Part shown: positions 55,765 through 63,905 of the stretch, one piece after another
Position numbering within the stretch: the first letter of the stretch is position 1
How the letters are laid out: each line of letters starts with the position of its first letter
Virus record (IMG/VR): IMGVR_UViG_3300045049_000504
Coordinates: 1,119 to 65,118 of that record
Reading direction: 5' to 3' (one strand)
Source of the DNA: a virus
Taxonomy: Duplodnaviria > Caudoviricetes
Length of the DNA: 64,000 nt
Made by a program: the position numbers and the translations under genes
The notes under the pieces: generated by a model
The model's input: only the letters and a program-made list of their open reading frames with translations
What the model was told of the DNA's origin: nothing
The model's database searches: none

Positions 55765-56232
55765 ATGAGCGAAGCTCCGAAGCTGGACACCGGCAAGCTG
55801 CCGATGCACCTCATCCCGCCCGCGTTCCTGCGGGCCATCGCGGCCGTGCTCGCGTTCGGCGCGAAGAAGTACGCCGCGTGGTCGTGGACCAAGGGCAAGG
55901 AGTGGTCGCGCGACTACGCCGCGATCCAGCGCCACCTCAACGACTGGTACGACGGCGTCGACAACGACCCCGAGACCGGCCTGTCGCACCTGGCACACGC
56001 CGCCTGCGATCTCATGTTCCTCTTCATCTCGCAGCTCTGCGCGCTCGGCACCGACGACCGCCCGGCGATGACGCGCCCGCCGCGCCCGACGCTGGCGCCG
56101 CCCGCGTTCGACCTGCCGGTCCTGCCGCTCGACCCGAGCGACCTCACGGTGACGTGCGTCGGCGAGACCTCCGTCGAGCGCAACTTCTTCCACGTCGGCG
56201 ACGCGTCGCCGTACAAGAAGAGCGACCAGTGA
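55765..56232 (+). CDS. dATP/dGTP diphosphohydrolase-domain protein (DUF5664-like)
   Basis: KLDTGK..LIPP..VLAFGAKKY..W.KG..RH..W..G.DNDPETGLSHLAHA. Confidence 0.88.
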   Translation: MSEAPKLDTGKLPMHLIPPAFLRAIAAVLAFGAKKYAAWSWTKGKEWSRDYAAIQRHLNDWYDGVDNDPETGLSHLAHAACDLMFLFISQLCALGTDDRPAMTRPPRPTLAPPAFDLPVLPLDPSDLTVTCVGETSVERNFFHVGDASPYKKSDQ

Positions 56233-57716
56233 GCAAGAAGAAATTCGCGCGGCCGAAGAAGCTCGCGAAGAAGACCAGGGGCGAGAAGGCGTGCCGCAGG
56301 TGCGGCGTCGCCGGCGGCACGCTCGCGTCGGGGTTCCGCGAGCGCGGCGACCGCCCCGGCCGCACGCACGCGATCTGCCGCGAGTGCGAGGCCGCGGCCG
56401 AGCGCGCCCGCCGCGAGGAGCGCGTCGCGCGGCTCGAGTCCGACTACGCCAGCCTCAAGCCTGAGGACTTCCGCGTCGGGGTCGGCAACGTCGGCGACAA
56501 GGACGAGCACGCTGACGAGGAGAAGAAGCAAGAATACTCGGCCCGCATGGGCGAGATGCTCGACGCGCTCGTGCAGAGCGGCGGCGACCCGGCGTTGATC
56601 CCGGGCCACCTCGGCGAGTACAACGCGCGGCTCGGCGAGCAGGAGCGCCGGTTCATGAACCGCCGCCTGGCGCGCACGGTGTCGATCCACGTCGCCCGCG
56701 AAGAGCTGCACGTCCGCATGTTCAAGCAGGCGTGCGACGAGCACCTGCGCGGGCGCGTCGAGCCGACGGGGTACGCGCGGTTCAAGCCGGACGGGTTCGC
56801 TGCCAAGCGCGCCGCCCTTCTGCTGCTCAGCGACATCCACCTCGGCGCCGAGCTGCTCGCGCGCGACAACCCGCGCCCGCACGGCGCGATCGAGGAGGCG
56901 CGCGCGGTCGAGTTCGTCGTGCGCCAGCTGCTCGACTTCAAGCCGCAATACCGCGAGCAGACCGAGGCGGTCGTCATCTTCAACGGCGACCTCGTCGAGG
57001 GCAAGCTCCAGCACAGCCTCTTCACGGGCATCCCGCTCGTCGAGCAGAAGCTCGTGTTCTGGCGCATCTTCCGCGTCGCCATCGGGCTCATCGCGCAGCA
57101 GTACAAGAAGGTCCGCGTCGTCTTCCGGCCGGGCAACCACGGCCGCGACACCGTCAAGCACCCGGGCCGCGCCACGTCGGACAAGTGGGACGGGCACGAG
57201 TGGGAGATGGGCTACGCGCTCATGTGCATGTGCGACGGGCTGAAAAACGTCGAGTGGGACCTCGACCTCAAGCCCTACGCGATCGTGGACCTGTTCGGCC
57301 ACAAGGTCCTCGTCTCGCACGGCGACACGGAGCCCAAGACGGGCGACCCCGACACGAAGGCGAAGGAGAACGCGGCCTCGCTCGACCGCCTCAACTCGAC
57401 GCTCGAGTACGGCTGCGCGTTCGACGCCGCCGTCTTCGGCCACTACCACAAGGGGCGCTACATCCCGGGCCGCGTCAAGCAGCTCTGGAACGCGGCGCTG
57501 CTGCCGTCGAACGGGCACGCCCGCACGAGCGGCTACGTGGGCGAGCCGCTCGGGCAGTGGTTGTGGGAGGCCGTCGAGGGCCACCCCGTCGGCGACGTGC
57601 GGTTCCTCGAGGTCACGCAGTCGGTCCTGCGCGACGAGCGGCTCGGGCGGATGATCCCGCCCTTCCGCCTCGGCGCGGACGGCCGAGGGCTCGCGGCGCC
57701 GGCGGTGGCGCCGTGA
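56229..57716 (+). CDS. Calcineurin-like metallophosphoesterase with N-terminal Zn-finger
   Basis: SDIHLG, NGDLVEG, GNHGR, HGD, FGHYH; N-terminal CRRC..CREC. Confidence 0.88.
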   Translation: MSKKKFARPKKLAKKTRGEKACRRCGVAGGTLASGFRERGDRPGRTHAICRECEAAAERARREERVARLESDYASLKPEDFRVGVGNVGDKDEHADEEKKQEYSARMGEMLDALVQSGGDPALIPGHLGEYNARLGEQERRFMNRRLARTVSIHVAREELHVRMFKQACDEHLRGRVEPTGYARFKPDGFAAKRAALLLLSDIHLGAELLARDNPRPHGAIEEARAVEFVVRQLLDFKPQYREQTEAVVIFNGDLVEGKLQHSLFTGIPLVEQKLVFWRIFRVAIGLIAQQYKKVRVVFRPGNHGRDTVKHPGRATSDKWDGHEWEMGYALMCMCDGLKNVEWDLDLKPYAIVDLFGHKVLVSHGDTEPKTGDPDTKAKENAASLDRLNSTLEYGCAFDAAVFGHYHKGRYIPGRVKQLWNAALLPSNGHARTSGYVGEPLGQWLWEAVEGHPVGDVRFLEVTQSVLRDERLGRMIPPFRLGADGRGLAAPAVAP

Positions 57717-57781
57717 GGAAGATCCCCTGTCTCTTCGAGCGCGACTTCTCGAACCCGCGCGCGCCGCTGGTGAAGCGATGA
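57713..57781 (+). pseudogene. N-terminal remnant resembling a phage RNA-ligase-like protein
   Basis: MRKIPCLFERDF.. stops after 22 aa at the start of the next gene. Confidence 0.4.
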
Positions 57782-58149
57782 GCGAGCAGAATGTGACGTG
57801 GACGCTCGGCGCCGTCAAGGCCTGGGACAACCTCTGCTCGGCGGCGAGCGACCCCGTCGCCGACGTCGCGCTCGCGGTCGCGTGGGTGCAGCAGGCGTCG
57901 GGCGGCCGCGACCCGGCGCTGATCTCGATCCGAGCCGGCGCGTGGGCAGCGCTGCTGGCCTCTGAGTCGGGGCGACAGATGACGTTCGCGCGCGGCATGT
58001 CCGTCGAGAAGTTCCGGCAGTACACCGGCGCGCGCGACGTCAGGCTGTTCGCCGACGACTCGCCCGTCGACTACGACCTGCGCGTGGTCGGCGCCGACGG
58101 CGAGACGTTCGAGCTGCGCCACGCGTGCATGTTCCAGTGGAGGAGTTAG
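57778..58149 (+). CDS. Hypothetical protein
   Basis: ATGA overlap; in operon order. Confidence 0.5.
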   Translation: MSEQNVTWTLGAVKAWDNLCSAASDPVADVALAVAWVQQASGGRDPALISIRAGAWAALLASESGRQMTFARGMSVEKFRQYTGARDVRLFADDSPVDYDLRVVGADGETFELRHACMFQWRS

Positions 58150-58151
58150 TG

Positions 58152-58718
58152 ATGAACGACTTCCAGGTCAAGGTCCGCGCCTACTGCCGCGACATCATCG
58201 GCGCGCCGCACGGGCCGGCGGACCCGCAGATCCGCGACGGGCGCCTGCGCGCGAGGCTCATGCTCGAGGAGTCTCTCGAGACCGCCATCGGGCTCGTCGG
58301 CGAGGACGAGGCCTTCAAGGTCCTCGACGAGATCGACGGCGAGACCTGCCGCAAGCTCGCCCGCGACGGGCGGGTCGGCTGCGGGCCCGACATCGTCGAG
58401 GTCATCGACGGCGTCTGCGACACGATCTACGTCGCGCTCGGCACGGCCGAGGCGCTCGGCGTCGACGTCGCGCCGTTCTTCGAGCTGGTCCACGCCGCGA
58501 ACATGGCGAAAACACCCGCGCCTGTCGACGGGCACGGCAAGCGCGGTGGCAAGCCCGACGGGTGGCAGGACCCGAAGCACGGTATCCGCCGCCTGCTGGA
58601 GGAAGTGCGCCGGCGCGCCCGCGACGCCCACGAGTACGGCACGTTCTGGGACGGCGGTGAGGTCACCGACGACATGATCGTGTCCGTCGCCGACGCGATC
58701 GAGAGGAGGGGAGAGTGA
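58152..58718 (+). CDS. MazG-like / all-alpha NTP pyrophosphohydrolase
   Basis: LMLEESLE, EVIDGVCDTIYV, VHAANMAK, KPDGW. Confidence 0.85.
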   Translation: MNDFQVKVRAYCRDIIGAPHGPADPQIRDGRLRARLMLEESLETAIGLVGEDEAFKVLDEIDGETCRKLARDGRVGCGPDIVEVIDGVCDTIYVALGTAEALGVDVAPFFELVHAANMAKTPAPVDGHGKRGGKPDGWQDPKHGIRRLLEEVRRRARDAHEYGTFWDGGEVTDDMIVSVADAIERRGE

Positions 58719-58745
58719 GACGCGATCGAGAGGAGGGGAGAGTGA
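58692..58745 (+). repeat. Perfect 27-bp tandem duplication
   Basis: GACGCGATCGAGAGGAGGGGAGAGTGA x2. Confidence 0.95.
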
Positions 58746-58805
58746 GCCGCTTCTTCAGCGAGGCCGAGGAGCAGCTCGAGGCCTACGCCAACGAGCTGGT
58801 GTCCC

Positions 58806-59885
58806 GTGGCTAAACGGAAATACCGCGCGCTCGGCGCGCACATCTACGCCGGCGGCCACACGCTCGGGGTCCGTGCGACGAAGCGGTTCGACACGCTCGC
58901 GCACCTCGAGGAGGGCGCGTTCGGCGCCGAGACGTCGCGCAAGAACCTCGGCGTCGAGGTCCGCGTCGGGATGGACCAGTGGAAGGCCGATCTCTGGCGC
59001 AACGACGTCGACTGGCTCTACACCAACCCGCCGTGCGCGGCGTGGTCCAGCGCCGGCACGCGCCGCGGCGCCGCGCACGACCTGGCGCGCCACACCGAGC
59101 GCGTCTTCGACCTCATCCCCGAGGTGCGCCCGACGGTGTTCTCGTGGGAGTGCGTCACCAACGTGGCGACGGCCGGCAAGGAGTTCGTGCTCGAGCGCGC
59201 GCGCCAGGCGCTCGGCTGGGGCTACGACGTCCACCTGGTCACGCTCGAGGTCGCCGACCTCGGGCTGCCGTCGATGCGCAAGCGCTTCTTCTTCGTCGCG
59301 TCGAAGGTCGCGATGGAGTTCCCGCTCCCGTTCGCCCGCCGGACGACGGTGCGCGAGGCGTGGAAGGACCTGCCCGCCGACCGCGGGCCCGGCGCGGGCG
59401 CGTCGGCGGAGGAGGTCAAGCTCCTGAAGCTCATGCCCGTCGGGCAGCACAACGGCTCGCTGCGCAACTTCGTCGACAACGACCTGCGCGCCGCGGCGGA
59501 GAAGTACGGGCTCAAGATCCGGCCCGCGTTCTCGCAGAAGCGCCTGCGCTGGGACGAGCCGTCGTACACGGTCATGGGCGGCTCGCATCTGTGGCACCCC
59601 GACGAGCCGCGCCGCATCACCATCCTCGAGCAGCAGGTCCTCGCCGGCTACCCGGCGGACTACAAGTTCTCGGGGTCGATCCAGAACCAGTACGCCGAGA
59701 TCGGCAAGGCCGTGACGCTGCCGGCGGCGAGATGGCTCGCGACCGCGGTCGCCGGCTCGCTCGACGCGGACGCCGACGGGACCGCGCCGAACGGCTCGCG
59801 CCGCAACGCCCGCAAGCGCACGTTCCAGGTGCACGACTTCACCGGCGGGCGGTTCGCGAAGCTCTACGAGGGGGTGACGCCGTGA
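58806..59885 (+). CDS. Divergent C5-cytosine DNA methyltransferase-like protein
   Basis: YAGG (I), NPPC (IV), ECV (VI), LPSMRKR (VIII), RRITILE (IX), IGKAV (X). Confidence 0.85.
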   Translation: MAKRKYRALGAHIYAGGHTLGVRATKRFDTLAHLEEGAFGAETSRKNLGVEVRVGMDQWKADLWRNDVDWLYTNPPCAAWSSAGTRRGAAHDLARHTERVFDLIPEVRPTVFSWECVTNVATAGKEFVLERARQALGWGYDVHLVTLEVADLGLPSMRKRFFFVASKVAMEFPLPFARRTTVREAWKDLPADRGPGAGASAEEVKLLKLMPVGQHNGSLRNFVDNDLRAAAEKYGLKIRPAFSQKRLRWDEPSYTVMGGSHLWHPDEPRRITILEQQVLAGYPADYKFSGSIQNQYAEIGKAVTLPAARWLATAVAGSLDADADGTAPNGSRRNARKRTFQVHDFTGGRFAKLYEGVTP

Positions 59886-60157
59886 AGATGATCTCGACGG
59901 AGAAGATGGTCGCCGCGTTCTACCTGGCGGTCGCGCTGATCTTCGCGCTCGTCGCGGGGTACGTCGTCCGCTCCGGCCGCTCGAGCGAGCCGGCGGCGCC
60001 GCCCGACGCGGGCGCGTTCCGCGCGGCCGACGGCTTCCGCGAGCTGTTCTGGCTCGGGCCCGACGGCGAGCTGGTCGTCGGCGGCGACGTGACCGCGCGG
60101 GACGTGGCGTGCGCGTGGGCGCGCGAGCGCGGGACCCGCGCGAAGGGGTGCCCGTGA
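59882..60157 (+). CDS. Small membrane protein
   Basis: N-terminal TM segment. Confidence 0.5.
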   Translation: MKMISTEKMVAAFYLAVALIFALVAGYVVRSGRSSEPAAPPDAGAFRAADGFRELFWLGPDGELVVGGDVTARDVACAWARERGTRAKGCP

Positions 60158-60336
60158 AGGGCGCGCCGCCGCGCGTCGGCCCGCCGTCGGTGCACGACCG
60201 CATGTCGCCCGCCGAGGAACGCGCACTCGGCGGCGCCGTACTGGCGCTGCTCGTGTTGCTCGGGCTGCTGTGCGTCGTCAAGGCCTGCTACGACGCGCCG
60301 CCGCCCGCCGCGACGACGTCGCAGGTGAGACCGTGA
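60154..60336 (+). CDS. Small membrane protein
   Basis: Central TM segment; GTGA overlaps. Confidence 0.45.
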   Translation: MKGAPPRVGPPSVHDRMSPAEERALGGAVLALLVLLGLLCVVKACYDAPPPAATTSQVRP

Positions 60337-60905
60337 AGCGCCTGCTCCTCGACGTCGACGGGCCGCTGACCGCGAGCTTCGCCGAGTTCACGTGCCGCGA
60401 GCTGCGGCTCCGCGGCGTCGAGCGCGCGCGGCCCGGCGACATCACCGACTGGGACATCTTCCAGTGCTTCGGCGTCAAGGGCACCGAGGTCGAGAAGAGG
60501 GTCTACGCGGCGATGGGCGAGCCCGGCTACTGCGAGGAGTTCGAGCCGCGCGCCGGCGCGCTCGAGTTCTGCCGCTGGGCGCGCGAGCGGCTCGCCGTCT
60601 ACGCCGTCACGGCCGCGCTCGGCTCGAGCCCGACGTGGGCGCACGACCGCGAGCGCTGGCTCAAAGACCAACTCGAATTTGATGGAAAGCGCGTGATCTT
60701 CGCGGCCGACAAGTCCCCCGTCGCTGGCGACATGTTCGTCGACGACAAGCCCTCGAATCTCGTCGATTGGCAGGCGGCGAACCCCGGCAAGCTCGCCGTA
60801 CTGTGGCGGGCGACGTACAATCGCGACTTCGCCTGGCCGCACGTCGCGAACAACTACCTCGACCTGGCGGCGTACGTCGCCGAGATCGAGCGCGCGAGGC
60901 TCTGA
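60333..60905 (+). CDS. 5'(3')-deoxyribonucleotidase-like HAD phosphatase
   Basis: LLDVDG, VTA, WL, DKS, FVDDKPSN, YN. Confidence 0.88.
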   Translation: MKRLLLDVDGPLTASFAEFTCRELRLRGVERARPGDITDWDIFQCFGVKGTEVEKRVYAAMGEPGYCEEFEPRAGALEFCRWARERLAVYAVTAALGSSPTWAHDRERWLKDQLEFDGKRVIFAADKSPVAGDMFVDDKPSNLVDWQAANPGKLAVLWRATYNRDFAWPHVANNYLDLAAYVAEIERARL

Positions 60906-61807
60906 TGGACTTCACCGCCGACAGCTTCGACGAGGTGCAGTACCACCTGCTCGAGCGGCTCTACTACGATTACAAGTACGAGTCCAAACCGCGCGGGATG
61001 CTGATCCGCGAGGACCTCTGCGTCGGGTTCGAGCTGACCGACCCGCGCGCGCGGCTCACGTCGGCGCCGGCGCGCGCCGCCAACTACGGCTTCGCCGCGG
61101 GCGAGTTCCTGTGGTACCTGCGCGGCGCGCGGGATCTCGAGTCGATCTCGTACTACAACAAGCGTATGCCGTCGTTCTCCGACGACGGGCTCACGGTCAA
61201 CTCCGCGTACGGCGCGCGGCTCGGCATCGCGGACGGCAGCCCCGCGTCGTCGCAGTGGGCGCGCGTCGTCGACGAGCTGGCGCGCGACCGCGATTCGCGC
61301 CGCGCGGCGCTGACGATCTTCGCGCCGTCGGACCTGCGCGCGGCCACCAAGGACGTCCCGTGCACGCTGTCGTTGCAGTTCTTCATCCGCGACGGGCGGC
61401 TCGACCTGCACGTCTCGATGCGCTCGAACGACGTGATCTGGGGCCTCTGCAACGACATCTTCAGCTTCACGCTCATGCAGGAGGTGATGCTGCTCGACCT
61501 CCGCGAGCGCGGTGCCGACGTCGAGCTGGGCTCGTACTACCACACCGCCGGGTCGATGCACCTCTACGAGCGCCACTTCCCGATGGCGCACGACATCCTC
61601 CACGAGGACGTCGAGCCGGCCGCGCCGATGCCGCCGCTGACGTCGCGCGCCGAACTGGGGCGGCTCCTCGCCGACGAGGCGAATCTGCGCGCCGGCTTCC
61701 GCACGGTCGCGACGTACGACGTCGGCAGCGGCGAGGCGTGGCTGCTCGCGCGGCTGCTCAAGCACCGCTGCAGGCGCGACGCAGAACTCGCGAAGGCCGC
61801 GACGTGA
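60905..61807 (+). CDS. Thymidylate-synthase homolog, dCMP hydroxymethylase/methylase-like
   Basis: EFLWYLRG, SDDG, AYGAR, DSRRA, DVPCT, MRSNDVIWGLCND, GSMHLYERH. Confidence 0.9.
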   Translation: MDFTADSFDEVQYHLLERLYYDYKYESKPRGMLIREDLCVGFELTDPRARLTSAPARAANYGFAAGEFLWYLRGARDLESISYYNKRMPSFSDDGLTVNSAYGARLGIADGSPASSQWARVVDELARDRDSRRAALTIFAPSDLRAATKDVPCTLSLQFFIRDGRLDLHVSMRSNDVIWGLCNDIFSFTLMQEVMLLDLRERGADVELGSYYHTAGSMHLYERHFPMAHDILHEDVEPAAPMPPLTSRAELGRLLADEANLRAGFRTVATYDVGSGEAWLLARLLKHRCRRDAELAKAAT

Positions 61808-61973
61808 GCGCACGCGACCGCGATGCGCTGGCGCGGCTGATCGCGCGCGAGGTGCGGCGTTTCCTCGCTGATCTCCGACGGGTCGAGGAGCGCCAGGCGC
61901 CGCGGCCGCGCGTGAACGTGCGAGAGTTGCAAGAAGAGGCGGCGCGACTCGGGTCGCGCGGGAGGGCGAAGCG

Positions 61974-62219
61974 ATGAGCAATTTCGGAATGAGCGAGCCC
62001 GCGAAGAAGGAAGTGGTCGACTCCGTGAAGGCGCTGTCGGTCGCGTGTGACGCGATGGAGCGGGTGCGGCATCGGCTCGACGTCGCGCAGGCCGAGCTGG
62101 AATCCGCCGAGCGCAGCATCGCGCAGGCGCGCGAGCGCCGCGACGCGATCGGCGCCGAGCTGGCCGCGGCCCGCGCCAAGGTCAAGAGCGCCGCGAGGGT
62201 GGTCGCCTCCGAGGGATGA
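61974..62219 (+). CDS. Coiled-coil hypothetical protein
   Basis: SD GGAGGG; heptad pattern. Confidence 0.55.
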   Translation: MSNFGMSEPAKKEVVDSVKALSVACDAMERVRHRLDVAQAELESAERSIAQARERRDAIGAELAAARAKVKSAARVVASEG

Positions 62220-62401
62220 GCGACCCGCCCGGCGCGGACCCCGAGCGCGCGACGGTGTTCTGCGGCCTGTGCCGCCGCCCGCACGTGTTCGAGGTCCGCG
62301 CCGGCCTGCAGTTCCGCGAGTGCCCGTGCGGCGGGATTGTGTCGCTGCTCGCGCGCCCTCGCCCCGCTCAGTCGCGGTGGCGGCTGCTCGAGATCGACTG
62401 A
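62216..62401 (+). CDS. Small Zn-ribbon protein
   Basis: CGLC..CPCGG. Confidence 0.5.
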   Translation: MSDPPGADPERATVFCGLCRRPHVFEVRAGLQFRECPCGGIVSLLARPRPAQSRWRLLEID

Positions 62402-62508
62402 GTCCTGCGCCGCGCGCTTCGCACCTGCGAAGCTCCCTTTACACCAAACTGCCGACCAGGCTGCGCAGGTCGACGCGCAAGTCGGCGGATCTGCACGCTC
62501 GCGCGACC

Positions 62509-62524
62509 TGGCCCGTTCGTAGCA
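62509..62524 (+). promoter_or_regulatory. Sigma54-type promoter
   Basis: TGGCCCG-TTCG-TAGCA; palindrome GCTTCGCACCTGCGAAGC at 62416-62433 upstream. Confidence 0.65.
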
Positions 62525-62655
62525 TAGCCGCGAAGCCGGAGGCGCTTCATGGACGAGGTGGCGAGGTTGCTGGCGGAAGCGCGTGAGTCGTTCAGGCGGG
62601 CCCGGGAGGCCCTGAAGGCCTGCACACGCGGGCGCAGCGACGGCCGCGCCCGCGG

Positions 62656-62901
62656 ATGGAGGTGGCTACGATGACACTCGACGATTGCGACGGCTGGCGC
62701 GAGTACGATGCAGCCGCGGAATGGTGCGCGGCGCACGCCGGCAAATGGCGCGACGGTGATCCGCTTCCCGACGGTGTCTCGGCGCGCGTGCGCGCCGAGA
62801 TAGACGCGGATCCCGACGCGTTCGCCGAACGGGTGCGCGGCGCGGCGTACGCGCGCGCGATGGACGTGAAGGGAGGCGCCGAGGATGCGGCCAATGAGTA
62901 G
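62656..62901 (+). CDS. Hypothetical protein
   Basis: ORF; SD GGAGGT before an internal ATG suggests a later start. Confidence 0.5.
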   Translation: MEVATMTLDDCDGWREYDAAAEWCAAHAGKWRDGDPLPDGVSARVRAEIDADPDAFAERVRGAAYARAMDVKGGAEDAANE

Positions 62902-62950
62902 CCCTGCACAGCGCGCGATGGCCAAACGAACGACGGAGGGTACGACGATG
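62899..62950 (+). repeat. 52-bp gene-leader repeat, copy 2
   Basis: 48/52 identical to 2292-2343. Confidence 0.85.
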
Positions 62951-63142
62951 ACGAAGCAATGCACCAAACTAGTCAATGTTCGCGGTGGTCAAGCCATGGC
63001 AGCGACTCGTCAGTGCTCCGGTAAGGTCGTTTACACCGATCACTTGGGACGTGGATGGTGCGGTCGACATCAGCCCGACGCTGAAACGCGCGAGCGTTGG
63101 AGAAAGATCGGCGAGGCCTCTCAGAAGGGAGGCGCGAGATGA
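62948..63142 (+). CDS. Small Cys/His protein
   Basis: QC..RQCS..WCGRH; start lies in the leader repeat. Confidence 0.6.
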   Translation: MTKQCTKLVNVRGGQAMAATRQCSGKVVYTDHLGRGWCGRHQPDAETRERWRKIGEASQKGGAR

Positions 63143-63354
63143 GCGGGAGCGGGATCGAGTACGTTCCGAAGGCGGCGTCGGAGTGGGGCGCCGTGGAGCG
63201 AGAGCTGCAGGACGAACCGACCCGACGGGTGGTCATGACCCGCGAGCTGGTCCGGCGCCGGTTCGCCCACGCCGACGCGGTCGAGGCCGCCGAGGCGCTG
63301 GACGCCAAGCTCGAGGCCATCTTCTCGGGGGTCGAGACGGGGGTGCGGTCGTGA
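63139..63354 (+). CDS. Hypothetical protein
   Basis: SD GGGAGG; ATGA overlap. Confidence 0.5.
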   Translation: MSGSGIEYVPKAASEWGAVERELQDEPTRRVVMTRELVRRRFAHADAVEAAEALDAKLEAIFSGVETGVRS

Positions 63355-63905
63355 GCCTGTATCTGGGCAGCTGGTCCGACCTGGAGGACGTCGAGCGCGA
63401 CTACCAGAAGGACCTGAAGGAGGAGCTGCGCGGCGGCGAGATGCTCATCGCCTGGTACGGCTCGGGCAGCTATTGCGGCGGGTCGTTCGTCTTCTTCCGC
63501 AAGAGCGACGGCACCTACTGGATGGACGAGTGCCACCATTGCTCCTGCAACGGGGTGGAGGGCAGCTGGGGGCCGACGCAGGTGCAGCTGGCGGAGCTGC
63601 TCGAGCGGGCGCACGACGACGGATGGAACGGCGAGTACGAAGCCGCCGAGGACCTGCGCGCAGCGCTGTCGGATGTGCTCGAGGAGCTGCTCTGCCCGGA
63701 CGAGCGGACGAAGGAAGTCTACCGCATTCTCAAGAACGCCGACGTGCAACGGTGCTGCACCAGCGCCGTCACTCCGCCCGAGCGGTGCCGCATTCTGGAC
63801 CACGCTCGAGACATCTTGGCCGAGCAGTATCCCGACGTGTCGCTGGAGTGGGTGACCACCGTCAGCGGCACCGCCTACCTCCGCGTCAGCCGGACGGTGC
63901 ACTAG
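63351..63905 (+). CDS. Hypothetical phage protein (HCSCNG motif)
   Basis: AWYGSGSYCG..DG..CHHCSCNG.E.SW.P. Confidence 0.6.
   Translation: MSLYLGSWSDLEDVERDYQKDLKEELRGGEMLIAWYGSGSYCGGSFVFFRKSDGTYWMDECHHCSCNGVEGSWGPTQVQLAELLERAHDDGWNGEYEAAEDLRAALSDVLEELLCPDERTKEVYRILKNADVQRCCTSAVTPPERCRILDHARDILAEQYPDVSLEWVTTVSGTAYLRVSRTVH

Noticed and set aside
55765-56232. 2-aminoadenine (Z-genome) pathway
   Set aside because: No PurZ or adenylosuccinate-synthetase homolog and no HD-domain DatZ seen in the window.
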